Counted from the first letter of the stretch, positions 1-10,314 are shown. The stretch is DNA of 64,000 bases from Prevotella sp. (GCA_017455845.1 JAFSYY010000119.1:14678-78677), one strand, 5' to 3'. Numbers and translations are program-made. The notes: generated by a model from the letters alone, not told the origin.

Positions 1-1984
1 CGTGCGACTGTGGTATCTCCTGCAGGTTGGTGCCGATGGTGGTGCGGTCGAAATAGTTGGTGTAGCCCAGTTTGGCTGAGAGTCGCAGGTGGCTATTGAT
101 GTCGGCGCGGGCAAAGAGTGCCAGCCGGAGGCCGTTGCCATAGAAACAAGGGAAGAAGAACTCATGTTGCATTTGCCGTTCGTAGATGTATAGGCGGCTG
201 TCATAGTCGTCGGTCTTGAAATAGCCGGCCAGCATGCTCGCCTGCCATCGGCTGTGCTGGTACTGCACCTGCTCACTCACCATCCATCCCTTGCTGTCTT
301 TCTTATATGCCGTCTGCACATAGTCGCCCTGCATCTTCAGCGTCCATCCTGCGGGGTGGTCGTATGCCAGCGACAGGCGGCTGCGGTGTTCGTCGTCGGG
401 TATGAGTGCCGTCTTGTCTGCGTTGTCCTTCTGTCTCAGTCTTATGCGGTGGCGTGCCCGCAAAGTCCAGTGGCTGATGCTATAGTCTCCCTGTACGAGG
501 AAGTCCCAGGCCCTTGACGACTGCGATGTCTGATAGCGTGCCCAGGCAAAATAGGCATAGTCGGCATAGCCTTGCAGATGCAGGTGACTGATAGGCTGCC
601 ACGTCACTCCGACGTATGCTCCGCTCTCGTTCTGTGGCCGTGAGTTGTCGCCGAAACTATGGGCATGCAGGCTTGTATAGCGGAAACTGTAGAAGCGTTG
701 CAGCGCCATGATGCTGAATTGTGCTGACGGCTGGTAACTCGCAGTATTGACCGTGGCCAGTGCCCCGTGGCCGTTGATGGCTGTCTCGCCGCCTATGGCA
801 AAGCGGTAATGTGTATATCCATAGTCCATGCTTACATTCACGAACTTGTTGCCCTGTGCATAGTGTCGGCGGTAGAGTATGCTGGTGTTTGGCTTCAACT
901 GCCTGTCCAGATGTGTGTACACCGCATTGGCCCCCAGGTGCAGGCCGCCCAGCCTGTAGCCTATAGTGGTGCCGACGGCCGTCTGCCGGGTGTTGTATTT
1001 CTTCTCTATCTCCTTGGGTGTGCGGTGGTAGCCGTCGGTGGTGATGGTGGCTGCCGTGCCGTCGTCGTTGAGTGTGGCGTCGACAGCCCGCATAGAGGCG
1101 AAGGCGGTGAGTGTCAGCGGCTTCAGCAGTCTGATGGTGGCTGCCGCACCCTGGAAGTAGTCGGCCTCAGAGCGCGAACTATGCACGCGCAGCGTGTTGG
1201 TGTGGCGTCCCAGGTTTTGCAGTGTGGCCATCTTACCCAGCGAGAAACTGGTGTTAAGCACCAGACCCATGCCTGCCGACAGTTTATATTTGCCTATGAT
1301 GGCGTTCTCCAGAGGTCCGAGGTTCCTAATCTGTATATAATAAGAATAGGTGTCGTAGCCCCAGCCGTTCTTGTTGGCAAAGAAAGGCTCTCCGGCATCT
1401 TGCGCCCCCATGATGCCAGCCTTTACAAAGTGGCCGTAGGTAAACTCATAGCGCAGGGAGTGGCGGTATTTATAGCCCAGGTAGCCGGTGGGCAAACCAC
1501 CGTTCACGGACCCTTCGCTGTCATCGCCTTTCCTGTTGTAGAAGGGCACGCGGCCAGTGGCGGTGAGTTGGTGCTTGCCATAGCGGGTGATGGTGTTCCA
1601 GCGGGGGAAGAGGCTGTCGTCCCTGACCTCGCCCACGAAGGTGAAGAAAGGCATCAGTGCCAGTTGGCGGTAGTCCATCGATGCCACCATCCTGAGTTCC
1701 TGCATCGACCGCATAGGGCCGTAGCGGTCCAGGTATTCCGTCAGATCTTCTACCTGTTGCTCCGACAGAAAGGGCAGTTGCTCCAGGTCTTCGCGGCGGC
1801 ATCTGTTCAGGTCAATGGGGCAGTCGGCCAGTTGCTGCATGCGTTCCAGGCAGTCGTCCCAGTCGGTCTCCTCTAGGTCTTCCGGGCTCATCACCTCCTG
1901 CCAGACCTGCTCCCACGTCTGCTGCTCCTGTGCAGCGGCGCACAGGCAACAGAGCAACAGCAGCATGACAGCGTAGCGTTTCAT
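1..1984 (-). CDS. Helix-hairpin-helix (ComEA-like) domain outer-membrane protein; 3' end runs off the window
   Basis: Not in the ORF track. Manual translation from ATG at 1984: MKRYAVMLLLLCLCAAAQ...PIDLNRCRREDLEQLPFLSEQQVEDLTEYLDRYGPMRSMQEL (HhH motif), then a beta-rich region that stays open to position 1. Confidence 0.8.
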   Translation of the reverse strand, partial: MKRYAVMLLLLCCLCAAAQEQQTWEQVWQEVMSPEDLEETDWDDCLERMQQLADCPIDLNRCRREDLEQLPFLSEQQVEDLTEYLDRYGPMRSMQELRMVASMDYRQLALMPFFTFVGEVRDDSLFPRWNTITRYGKHQLTATGRVPFYNRKGDDSEGSVNGGLPTGYLGYKYRHSLRYEFTYGHFVKAGIMGAQDAGEPFFANKNGWGYDTYSYYIQIRNLGPLENAIIGKYKLSAGMGLVLNTSFSLGKMATLQNLGRHTNTLRVHSSRSEADYFQGAAATIRLLKPLTLTAFASMRAVDATLNDDGTAATITTDGYHRTPKEIEKKYNTRQTAVGTTIGYRLGGLHLGANAVYTHLDRQLKPNTSILYRRHYAQGNKFVNVSMDYGYTHYRFAIGGETAINGHGALATVNTASYQPSAQFSIMALQRFYSFRYTSLHAHSFGDNSRPQNESGAYVGVTWQPISHLHLQGYADYAYFAWARYQTSQSSRAWDFLVQGDYSISHWTLRARHRIRLRQKDNADKTALIPDDEHRSRLSLAYDHPAGWTLKMQGDYVQTAYKKDSKGWMVSEQVQYQHSRWQASMLAGYFKTDDYDSRLYIYERQMQHEFFFPCFYGNGLRLALFARADINSHLRLSAKLGYTNYFDRTTIGTNLQEIPQSH

Positions 1985-2056
1985 CGCTACAAAGTTACAT
2001 AATTATTCTTAATTTCTTATCTGTTATTGGAAATAATTTGTATTTTTGCCCCAAAA

Positions 2057-2088
2057 AACTATGAATTATGAACTATGAACTATAAACT
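2057..2088 (+). repeat. 7-bp tandem array (AACTATG/AATTATG) over the start codon
   Basis: aactatg aattatg aactatg aactata aact. ATGs at 2061, 2068 and 2075 fall in three different frames. Confidence 0.85.
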
Positions 2089-2677
2089 GTTCTCTCTCAT
2101 CGTAGGACTCCTGGCGTGCCTGTCGGTCTCGGCCCAGGACGATTTGGGCGACCCCACGTTTGTGCCTACGGTGAAGGTGGGTAAGACGCTGGTCGACGGC
2201 GACTCCATTCAGTATATGGAGATGTCGAATGTCTATGTCTATCCCGAACTGACGTTCAAGAACAAGCGTCAGCAGCAGTCCTATATGCGATTGGTGAAGA
2301 ATGTGAAGAAAGTGCTGCCCATCGCCAAGCAGGTGCGCCAGATCATCATCGAGACGGCTGAGTTCACCGAGACGCTGCCGCCCGAAGAGCGCAAGGAGCA
2401 CCTGAAGCGCGTGGAGCAGTCTATCGTCAGGGAGTACAAGCCACAGATGAAGAAACTGACTTATTCGCAGGGCAAACTGCTCATCAAACTGGTGGATCGC
2501 GAATGTCACTCTACGGCCTATGAGGCCATGCAGGCTTTCATCGGTCCTGTGCGTTCGGGCATGTGGCAGGCCTTTGCCTGGATGTTCGGTGCCTCGCTGA
2601 AGAAGGGCTATGATGCCGAGGGCACCGACCGTCTCACCGAGCGCGTGGTGCTGATGGTGGAGGCTGGGCAGATTTAG
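2075..2677 (+). CDS. DUF4294-like secreted protein
   Basis: Signal peptide; YMRLVKNVKKVLPIAK and LTYSQGKLLIKLVDRE motifs typical of this Bacteroidetes family. Confidence 0.75.
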   Translation: MNYKLFSLIVGLLACLSVSAQDDLGDPTFVPTVKVGKTLVDGDSIQYMEMSNVYVYPELTFKNKRQQQSYMRLVKNVKKVLPIAKQVRQIIIETAEFTETLPPEERKEHLKRVEQSIVREYKPQMKKLTYSQGKLLIKLVDRECHSTAYEAMQAFIGPVRSGMWQAFAWMFGASLKKGYDAEGTDRLTERVVLMVEAGQI

Positions 2678-2780
2678 ATACTAAAGAAAATCGCGCAAAT
2701 CTTTGGTAATTACAGATATTTGTTTTACCTTTGCAACCGTAATTACAAACCTTTTATATTATTTACTAACTTTTTTATTT

Positions 2781-5195
2781 ATGAACAAAAAATTACTAAA
2801 ATCATTGCTCGTGGCCGGCATGCTGGCTGTGGGTATTGGAGTGCAGGCTAAGGTTGACGTGACAGACACTTATGTAATGAATGCAGACCTGTCGGTAGAC
2901 CCTGCTACTGCCGACAACGGATGGACGCTGTTGAACAACTGGCGTCAGGACTGGAAGGCCGCTGAAGACGAGACCCACGTGAATGTCGTGGAATTCTATG
3001 CTGGTTGGGGTAGTCTGGAAAAGACAGCGTATGCCATGACCCAGACCATCAGCCTTCCCGCAGGTTACTATCGTCTGGCTGTGAATGCCTTCTACCGTGA
3101 AGGCAACGATGGCAATGGCACCAATCAGGATAAGGCATATATTTTTGCCGGAGAGAAAAAGCAGAATGTGTATGCCTTGGCCAACTTCTATAGCATCTGT
3201 TCTGAGAAAGGCTACCAAGGCAGTAGCGATTTGTGGAAGGCCTCCAATGCATTCTACAAAGGCGACTTCTCCAATGAGTTCGATTTCAAGATGGAAACTG
3301 ATGGCGACATCGAAATCGGATTCCAAGGTAAATTCGACCAGATGCGCAGTTGGGTCATCCTCGGTCCGGTGAAACTCTATGAGTACACTGCTGCCGACTA
3401 TCAGAGCGACTTTGATGAGAAGAAAGGAGAGGCTGAGGCTCTTTACGGCGAGAAGATGAATGCCACGGTGCTCAGTGAATTGAAGGAGGCTGCTAACGCT
3501 ACAGGTTTTGTGACTGTTGATGATGTAACCAGCGCTATCCAGACCCTTAACGAGAAGATTGCCGCTGCCAAGAACAGCATTGAAATATATAAGGAAATCA
3601 AGCAGACCATTGAAAATACGATTGCAGTTATTGATCCTTCTTTGGATCTGACAGAGATGTGGAATGCCTACAACAATGGAACACTGGAATCTGCTGATGA
3701 ACTCTATCCTATGTTCCAGGAATTGGAGATTGCCGCTCTGGGTACTGCCGATAACACCGATTATACCAAGGTTATCATCAACCCCAGTTTCGAGTGGGGT
3801 AACACCTTCGGTTGGACTGTTGAGGCCAGCAATGATACTGGTGCAAAGCCTAACAGCAACGATACCTATACCGTCTACAATGCTGACGGTGACTATCTGT
3901 TCAACATCTGGAGCATCGGCAATGCCATCAGCCAGACCATTGAGGGTCTGCCCAACGGCACCTATAAACTGCAAGCACTTATCGCTACTGATACAGGCCA
4001 GAAGGTACAGATCAATGGCAACAACGAAAGCATACAGATTGATGCCTCTGAAGAGGGCAAGAGCACTGGCGTTGATGGCGAACTGGAGTTCAAGGTGCTC
4101 AACAACAAAGCAACTATCGGTGTCGAGGGTGTGAACAAATACTGGTATAAGGTCGACAACTTCCGCCTTACATTAGTAAAGGCTCTAAATGTCGAAGAGT
4201 TACTGGCAGAGTTGGTGTCTGATTATGAAAAGGCTCTTGCTGCTGCAAAGGCCGTGGATGGCAAGATGGAAGCAGAAGCAAAAAGTGGTCTTGACGCAGC
4301 CATCGCAACTTATGGTGACGTGGATAAGACCGATGCCGATGCTCTCTCTGATGCAATAGATGCACTGCAAAAAGCCACCAAGACTGCCACGGAAAGCGTT
4401 GAAGTGTATGCTAATGCTGAAGAGAAGTTGACAAAGATGAAGGAACTCATTGAGAGCACCAACGTTTACACTGAGGAGGCTTACAATGAGTATTACGGAC
4501 AGTGGTATCAGAAGTACGATGAAGGCACTCTGACAAAGACCGAAGCAGCAGCCTTACAGGATCCCTTCGTGGTCACTGGCTGGCATGCTTCCATCACCTG
4601 CGATAACTTCCTGCTCTCTGCATGGAACACCAACCCCGACTTCAAAGAAGCAGCCTATTACATCAATACATGGTCTAGAGAGGGTGAGAGCGACGGCACT
4701 GATTTCCTGGTTCCTTTCTTTGAGTATTTTGGTAGCCCTCTGAATGAAAAGACCCTCACCGCAACGATGACAGGCCTGGTTGCAGGAAAATACACTGTTT
4801 CTGCTTGGGTTCGTGTTGCTCCGTCAGACAATACTGCTGAATCTGCTAAAGGTGTTACCCTTCAGGTGAACGATGGCGAAGCCATAGATGTCTGCACAGG
4901 TAATATGATTGACAGTGGTACTGAGCGCTTCTTCTTGAATGAGTTCGCTGCTTTAGGTAACGTTAGCGAGGATGGTGAGTTGAAGATTAAGTTTAACGTT
5001 GCTGCCGACAATAACATCCACTGGCTGTCGTTCAAGAACGTGAAATATGTTCCTGGCGATGCAACGGGCATTAATGATGTCAATACTGTTAGCAATACAA
5101 CCAACAACATTATCTTCAATCTGGCAGGTCAGCGCGTTAAGAACGCCCAGAAGGGTCTGTACATCCAGAGTGGCAAGAAGGTGGTTAAGAAGTAA
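2781..5195 (+). CDS. Large secreted multidomain protein with a Prevotella-type C-terminal (T9SS-like) sorting domain
   Basis: ATG at 2781 gives MNKKLLKSLLVAGMLAVGIGVQA. Repeated beta-sandwich-like and helical blocks; ends TGINDV...FNLAGQRVKNAQKGLYIQSGKKVVKK. Promoter-like TACCTTTG near 2727. Confidence 0.8.
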   Translation: MNKKLLKSLLVAGMLAVGIGVQAKVDVTDTYVMNADLSVDPATADNGWTLLNNWRQDWKAAEDETHVNVVEFYAGWGSLEKTAYAMTQTISLPAGYYRLAVNAFYREGNDGNGTNQDKAYIFAGEKKQNVYALANFYSICSEKGYQGSSDLWKASNAFYKGDFSNEFDFKMETDGDIEIGFQGKFDQMRSWVILGPVKLYEYTAADYQSDFDEKKGEAEALYGEKMNATVLSELKEAANATGFVTVDDVTSAIQTLNEKIAAAKNSIEIYKEIKQTIENTIAVIDPSLDLTEMWNAYNNGTLESADELYPMFQELEIAALGTADNTDYTKVIINPSFEWGNTFGWTVEASNDTGAKPNSNDTYTVYNADGDYLFNIWSIGNAISQTIEGLPNGTYKLQALIATDTGQKVQINGNNESIQIDASEEGKSTGVDGELEFKVLNNKATIGVEGVNKYWYKVDNFRLTLVKALNVEELLAELVSDYEKALAAAKAVDGKMEAEAKSGLDAAIATYGDVDKTDADALSDAIDALQKATKTATESVEVYANAEEKLTKMKELIESTNVYTEEAYNEYYGQWYQKYDEGTLTKTEAAALQDPFVVTGWHASITCDNFLLSAWNTNPDFKEAAYYINTWSREGESDGTDFLVPFFEYFGSPLNEKTLTATMTGLVAGKYTVSAWVRVAPSDNTAESAKGVTLQVNDGEAIDVCTGNMIDSGTERFFLNEFAALGNVSEDGELKIKFNVAADNNIHWLSFKNVKYVPGDATGINDVNTVSNTTNNIIFNLAGQRVKNAQKGLYIQSGKKVVKK

Positions 5196-5221
5196 GCGCA
5201 TCGCTTTTCTTTCCATATTCT

Positions 5222-5261
5222 AAAAAAGAATCCCGGGGCAGTTGCTCCGGGATTCTTTTTT
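5222..5261. terminator. Bidirectional intrinsic terminator
   Basis: aaaaaagaatcccggggca-g-ttgctccgggattctttttt between convergent genes. Confidence 0.85.
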
Positions 5262-5286
5262 ATAGGAAGATCATCAAGTGATGTCA

Positions 5287-5397
5287 TCACATTGCCATAC
5301 AACTGGCTACACCGAGGGAGGTGGCTATGGCCGAGAGGATGGCCATCAGAGTCTGTAGGACGAATCTCCAAACTTCTTTCTTGTTTTTCATGGTCAT
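5287..5397 (-). CDS. Smalltalk-family small protein (36 aa)
   Basis: Manual translation MTMKNKKEVWRFVLQTLMAILSAIATSLGVASCMAM*. Ends in LGVASC and lies downstream of an HU-like gene, the typical context. Below the ORF-track length cutoff. Confidence 0.8.
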   Translation of the reverse strand: MTMKNKKEVWRFVLQTLMAILSAIATSLGVASCMAM

Positions 5398-5423
5398 TAG
5401 ATTATTAAGGTTTTTACCTATAT

Positions 5424-5540
5424 CGGTCGTTAGACCGAAAATGTTGTTTTTGTTGTCATTGTTGTCTTATAAAAAAACATCATTTGTTCTTTTTAAGACA
5501 ACATGTACAACATAGACAACTTATAACGGTCTAACGACCG
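5424..5540. repeat. 117-bp foldback element with 14-bp perfect terminal inverted repeats
   Basis: cggtcgttagaccg (5424-5437) and cggtctaacgaccg (5527-5540), enclosing tgttgt-type 9-mers and their inverse acaaca-type 9-mers. Confidence 0.85.
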
Positions 5541-5556
5541 TTTTGGGTTTAATGGG

Positions 5557-6006
5557 TTAGTCACCGGTGTTCTCGTTGTCTTCATCCTCGGGCGAGAGGT
5601 AGTTCTGGTCTTCAGCCAGGCGGCAGTCCTTCACCAGGTCCTTCACGCGCTTGCCGTCGACGGTAACGTGGGTCTCGGGCTGGAAGATCACGTGTACGTT
5701 CTTCACGTTCTCCTTGACGGTGAACTTCTTGGCGGTCTCGGCACCGGTGGTGGTGATACCCAGTTTGAAGGCGCCGAGGTAAGGGATGCTCACGCGCTTG
5801 GAGTCCTGGAGCAGGTCGCGGATGGTGGGTCCGAGTTCGCTGAGCACTGCGAGGATGTCGGCTCGCTTCACGGTACAGTTGTCCTGCATGCGGCTGGCCA
5901 GTTGCTCAATCTCCACGGTCTCGTTGATGACTACGCGGCCATACCACTTGTTGTAAGCCGACGACTGATCGTTTTTGTTCTGATACTTCTGATAAATCAA
6001 TTTCAT
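5557..6006 (-). CDS. HU-related DNA-binding protein (long Bacteroidetes type)
   Basis: KWYGRVV...TVKRADILAVLSEL...LQDSKRVSIPYLGAFKLGI...VHVIFQP; acidic tail. Confidence 0.85.
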   Translation of the reverse strand: MKLIYQKYQNKNDQSSAYNKWYGRVVINETVEIEQLASRMQDNCTVKRADILAVLSELGPTIRDLLQDSKRVSIPYLGAFKLGITTTGAETAKKFTVKENVKNVHVIFQPETHVTVDGKRVKDLVKDCRLAEDQNYLSPEDEDNENTGD

Positions 6007-6206
6007 AATGTTTGTGTGTTTTAGATGGTTAATAAAAAGAATTAATTAAGGTGTCTTTCGCGATCGACATTGTTGTGTTCTGTTTTCATTTGCAAAGGTA
6101 CGACTTACGACACACGATTCCAAATCTTTGCAGGCGAGAGCATAGGGGAGGAAATGATTCCCCGTTGGTTTTCAGATGGTTACGGAGTGTGTGGGATGCT
6201 CTGTTG

Positions 6207-6662
6207 TCAAACGGTTACGAAGCGAAGCATCTTCCTGTTTTTCCGCTCTGCCGTTTCCGTGACATACGAGACGTGGATCCAGCAGCAGCCGTCGAGCATC
6301 ACGCGCTCCACGAGCAACTGGTCGAACGTCAGCCTGTCTCTCACGTAATAGGCCATGCGCAAGGCCTGTTCTACGCTGGAGCAGTGCACATCGGCGGCCT
6401 CGCCCTTGGTGTGCTGTGAGTTCTTCACACCTCCCACGGCCTTGTTCAGGGCCTGGCAGCGGTAGCCGCTGGTCACGCGCATCGCCCCGAACTTGCAGCG
6501 CAGGGGCTCCAGCACCATCACGCAGAGTGCCTTGAGGCGTTCCACGTCGGCCTCCGTGGGCATGTTCTCGATTCCCAACTTTACAGCCGTGCCCGACTGT
6601 ACCATCTCCTTGAGCGTAAAGTGCTCCGTCAGTTGCATGTTCAAATCCATTTGTGTCTTCAT
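6207..6662 (-). CDS. Peptidase M15 (D-Ala-D-Ala carboxypeptidase-like metallohydrolase)
   Basis: LTEHFTLKEM...VTSGYRCQALNKAVGGVKNSQHTKGEAAD...WIHVS. Confidence 0.9.
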   Translation of the reverse strand: MKTQMDLNMQLTEHFTLKEMVQSGTAVKLGIENMPTEADVERLKALCVMVLEPLRCKFGAMRVTSGYRCQALNKAVGGVKNSQHTKGEAADVHCSSVEQALRMAYYVRDRLTFDQLLVERVMLDGCCWIHVSYVTETAERKNRKMLRFVTV

Positions 6663-6956
6663 GGTTTTTTACTTTAATAATTAATAAATAGGTATAGATT
6701 GTGTCTTTTCGACGGTGCAAAGGTACAACATGTTTCTGTCTTGTGCAAATAGTGTGGGGCGAGAAAGCGTGCGATGAAAAAAAACTACTTTAACTACTAT
6801 AAAGTTGAGCACTAGCGAAACTTGGAATGATATATAAACTTTTTCCGATTATCCGATATGAGTTTCGCGAATTTTTTGTAACTTTGTAGCCGAATAGCGA
6901 GAATAGTATTTAGTAAGATGTAACCAAAGGGTGTTTTTTTATTAAGGAGGATTTTT

Positions 6957-9272
6957 ATGGATGACGAACAGAAACGCTTGGAACAGGAAGCGGCCGACGA
7001 CAAGATGATCAGTGAAGCCTTCAACCGGCTTATAACAGATTACCTTAATTCGCGCCACCGCAAGAAGGTGGACCTTATCACCAAAGCCTACAACTTTGCC
7101 CGCCAGGCACACAAAGGCGTGCGCCGTCTGTCGGGCGAACCATATATCATGCACCCCATCGCCGTGGCACAGATCGTGTGCTCGGATATTGGTCTGGGCT
7201 CTACGAGCATCTGCTCTGCCTTGCTGCATGATGTGGTGGAAGATACCGACTATACCGTCGAGGACATAGAGAATATGTTCGGCCCGAAGATAGCACAGAT
7301 TGTCGACGGGCTGACGAAGATCAGCGGGGGCATCTTCGGCGAACAGGCCTCTGCGCAGGCCGAGAACTTCAAGAAACTGCTGCTCACCATGAGCGAGGAC
7401 ATCCGCGTGATCCTCATCAAGATAGCCGACCGCCTGCACAACATGCGCACGCTGGAGTCGCAACCGGCCAACAAACAGTATAAGATTGCCGGCGAGACGC
7501 TCTATCTCTACGCACCCCTGGCCCATCGCCTGGGCCTCTATAAGGTGAAGTCGGAACTGGAAAACCTGAGTTTCAAGTTCGAGCATCCTGAAGAGTATGC
7601 CGTCATCGAGCGCAAACTGGCCGAGACGAGCGTCTCGCGCCATCAGTCGTTCGACCAGTTCAAGGCACCCATCGAGGATGCCCTGCAGAAGATGGGCATA
7701 GCGTATGAGATCCGTGAGCGCGTGAAGACCCCTTACTCCATCTGGAACAAGATGCAAAACAAGCACGTGGCCTTCGACGAGATCTACGACATCCTGGCCG
7801 TGCGTATCATCTTCACCCCCAGGGTGCGCGAAGAAGAGGTGAACGAGTGCTTTAACATCTACGTGGCCCTGACCAAGATATACAAGAGCCACCCCGACCG
7901 CATACGCGACTGGCTGAACCACCCGAAAGCCAATGGCTATCAGGCGCTCCACGTCACCCTCATGTCGAAGCAAGGCCACTGGATAGAGGTGCAGATACGC
8001 TCCGACCGCATGAACGAGATAGCGGAGCAGGGCCTCGCCGCCCACTGGAAATACAAGGAGGGGGGCGACTATACCGAGGACGAGGGCGAACTGAACGAGT
8101 GGCTGCGCACCATCAAGGAGATTCTCGACGACCCGCAACCCGATGCCATGGATTTCCTCGACGCCATCAAACTCAATCTCTTTGCCAGCGAGATCTTCGT
8201 CTTCACGCCCAAGGGCGAGATCAAGACCATGCCCGCCGACTGTACCGTGCTCGACTTTGCTTTCTCCATCCATACCTTCCTCGGCTCACACTGTATCGGG
8301 GCCAAGGTCAACCATAAACTGGTGCCACTGAGCCACCGCCTGAAGAGCGGCGACCAGATAGAGGTGCTCACCTCGAAGTCGCACCATGTGCAGCCGTCGT
8401 GGATCAACTTCGTCTCGACAGCCAAGGCCAAAGCCAAGATCCAGGCCATCCTGCGCAAGGCCAGCCGCGAAACGCAGAAGAAAGGCGAGGACAAACTCAA
8501 CGAGTGGCTGCAGAACAACGGCTTCGAGCCGTCGCCTGCCATCTTAGACCGGCTGGTGAACTTCCACGACGTGAGCCGCCGCGAGGAACTGCTGCAGGGC
8601 ATCGGCGAGAACACCATCATCCTGGGAGAGAAGGATATTGACGAACTGAAGGGCAAGAACAAGAAGAAAGGCGACAACACCGGTGGCGGCTGGCGTAAGT
8701 ACGTTCCCTTTGTCAAGGCCAAGAAAGACGACGAGGAGAAAGAGGGACCTAAAGACAGCCAAGGAGAGAAGAAAACGGAGCACGGAGAGGACCGGCTGTT
8801 TGTGGTGCCAGAGAAATTCAACCGCAAGAAGCCCATCTATGTCAGCGAGGACAACATCCACCAGTATCTCTTCCCTAACTGCTGCCACCCCATCCCTGGC
8901 GACGATACCCTGGGGTATATTGACAACAAAAACAATATCGAGATTCACAAACGCGCCTGCCCGGTGGCCAACAAACTGAAAGCCAGTTACGGCAACCGCA
9001 TCCTCGACGTGAAATGGGAAATGCACCGCAAACTGTTTTTCGACGCCACCATCCGTCTGGGCGGCATCGACCGCCGCGGAATGGTCAACGAGGTGACACG
9101 CGTCATCTCCAACCAGTTGAGCGTCGACATTCGCAGGCTGACCTTCACCACCGAGGACGGCATCTTCGACGGGCGTATAGAACTGCGCGTCCACGACCGT
9201 GACGAGGTGCGCGACATCATCGACAACCTCAAGGAGGTGGACGACCTGAAGGAGATCTCGCAGATTATGTGA
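6957..9272 (+). CDS. relA: RelA/SpoT (p)ppGpp synthetase/hydrolase
   Basis: HD domain (LLHDVVED, DRLHNMRTL), synthetase (KANGYQALH, EVQIRS, AAHWKYK), TGS and ACT domains. Confidence 0.95.
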   Translation: MDDEQKRLEQEAADDKMISEAFNRLITDYLNSRHRKKVDLITKAYNFARQAHKGVRRLSGEPYIMHPIAVAQIVCSDIGLGSTSICSALLHDVVEDTDYTVEDIENMFGPKIAQIVDGLTKISGGIFGEQASAQAENFKKLLLTMSEDIRVILIKIADRLHNMRTLESQPANKQYKIAGETLYLYAPLAHRLGLYKVKSELENLSFKFEHPEEYAVIERKLAETSVSRHQSFDQFKAPIEDALQKMGIAYEIRERVKTPYSIWNKMQNKHVAFDEIYDILAVRIIFTPRVREEEVNECFNIYVALTKIYKSHPDRIRDWLNHPKANGYQALHVTLMSKQGHWIEVQIRSDRMNEIAEQGLAAHWKYKEGGDYTEDEGELNEWLRTIKEILDDPQPDAMDFLDAIKLNLFASEIFVFTPKGEIKTMPADCTVLDFAFSIHTFLGSHCIGAKVNHKLVPLSHRLKSGDQIEVLTSKSHHVQPSWINFVSTAKAKAKIQAILRKASRETQKKGEDKLNEWLQNNGFEPSPAILDRLVNFHDVSRREELLQGIGENTIILGEKDIDELKGKNKKKGDNTGGGWRKYVPFVKAKKDDEEKEGPKDSQGEKKTEHGEDRLFVVPEKFNRKKPIYVSEDNIHQYLFPNCCHPIPGDDTLGYIDNKNNIEIHKRACPVANKLKASYGNRILDVKWEMHRKLFFDATIRLGGIDRRGMVNEVTRVISNQLSVDIRRLTFTTEDGIFDGRIELRVHDRDEVRDIIDNLKEVDDLKEISQIM

Positions 9273-9333
9273 GAATTGAGAATTGAGAATTGAGAATTGG
9301 GAATTGAGAATTAAGAATTGAGAATTAAGAATT
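9271..9333 (+). repeat. 7-bp tandem array (GAGAATT) x9 filling the whole intergenic space
   Basis: gagaatt x4, gggaatt, gagaatt, aagaatt, gagaatt, aagaatt. Runs from the relA TGA to the next ATG. Confidence 0.95.
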
Positions 9334-10314
9334 ATGAACAAACTGCTTTCTACACTTTTGCTTTTGTTACTATGCGCAGTCTCTGTCAGTGCTGCGAAGA
9401 GTTATGACTCGCCCGACACCATCGTCGTTGCACGCGACGGCACCGGCGAGTTTCGCAACGTGGGCGAGGCCATAGAGGTATGCCGCGCCTTTATGGACTA
9501 CCACAAGGTGATATATATAAAGAAAGGTACGTATAAGGAGAAACTCATCATTCCCCAGTGGCTGCAGAACATAGAACTCTGCGGCGAGGACCGCGACCAG
9601 ACCATCATCACCTACGATGACCATGCCAACATCTTCTATGCGCCCACGGGCAAGGGCATGGGCACCTTCCGCACCTACACCCTGCGGGTGGATGCCAACG
9701 ACATCACCATCAAGAACCTCACCATCGAGAATAATTCTGCACGTCTGGGGCAGGCCGTGGCACTCCATACCCAGGGCGACCGCATCACGCTGACCAACTG
9801 TCGGCTCCTGGGGCATCAGGACACCGTATATACAGGCATGGAGGGCACCCGCCTCTATTTCGACCACTGCTACATTGAGGGCACCACCGACTTTATCTTC
9901 GGCCCCTCTACGGCATGGTTCGAGCAGTGTACCATCCATTGCAAGGCCGACAGTTACATCACGGCGGCCTCAACGCCCAAGGAACGGGCCTTCGGCTATG
10001 TGTTCAACCAGTGTACCGTCACCGCCGCCCCTCAGGTGACAAAGGTGTACCTCGGCCGCCCTTGGCGCGACTATGGCTATACGCTCTTCATGCACTGCAC
10101 GCTGCCCAAGGAGATACGTCCCGAGGGCTGGCACCACTGGCAGAAAGAGCGCGAGCAGACGGCCCGCTATCTGGAGTTCGAGAACAACGGCCCGGGCGCA
10201 GCCACCAGCAGCCGCGCCGCCTGGAGCCGGCAACTCACCGAGGAGGAAGCCAAGGCGGTAACCCTGGAAAACGTGTTCCGTCGCAACGATGTTTTCCAGC
10301 CACGCGGCCTATAA
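9334..10314 (+). CDS. Pectin methylesterase (CE8)
   Basis: GTYKEK, QAVAL, GHQDT, DFIFG and LGRPW motifs; signal peptide. Confidence 0.95.
   Translation: MNKLLSTLLLLLLCAVSVSAAKSYDSPDTIVVARDGTGEFRNVGEAIEVCRAFMDYHKVIYIKKGTYKEKLIIPQWLQNIELCGEDRDQTIITYDDHANIFYAPTGKGMGTFRTYTLRVDANDITIKNLTIENNSARLGQAVALHTQGDRITLTNCRLLGHQDTVYTGMEGTRLYFDHCYIEGTTDFIFGPSTAWFEQCTIHCKADSYITAASTPKERAFGYVFNQCTVTAAPQVTKVYLGRPWRDYGYTLFMHCTLPKEIRPEGWHHWQKEREQTARYLEFENNGPGAATSSRAAWSRQLTEEEAKAVTLENVFRRNDVFQPRGL

Noticed and set aside
767-1876. 369-aa plus-strand ORF and the many other long antisense ORFs (e.g. 6942-8273, 32460-34085, 43391-45133)
   Set aside because: These are shadows of real genes on the opposite strand in GC-rich codon usage, with no recognisable motifs.
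5287-6662. Prophage remnant
   Set aside because: No integrase, structural or replication genes nearby.
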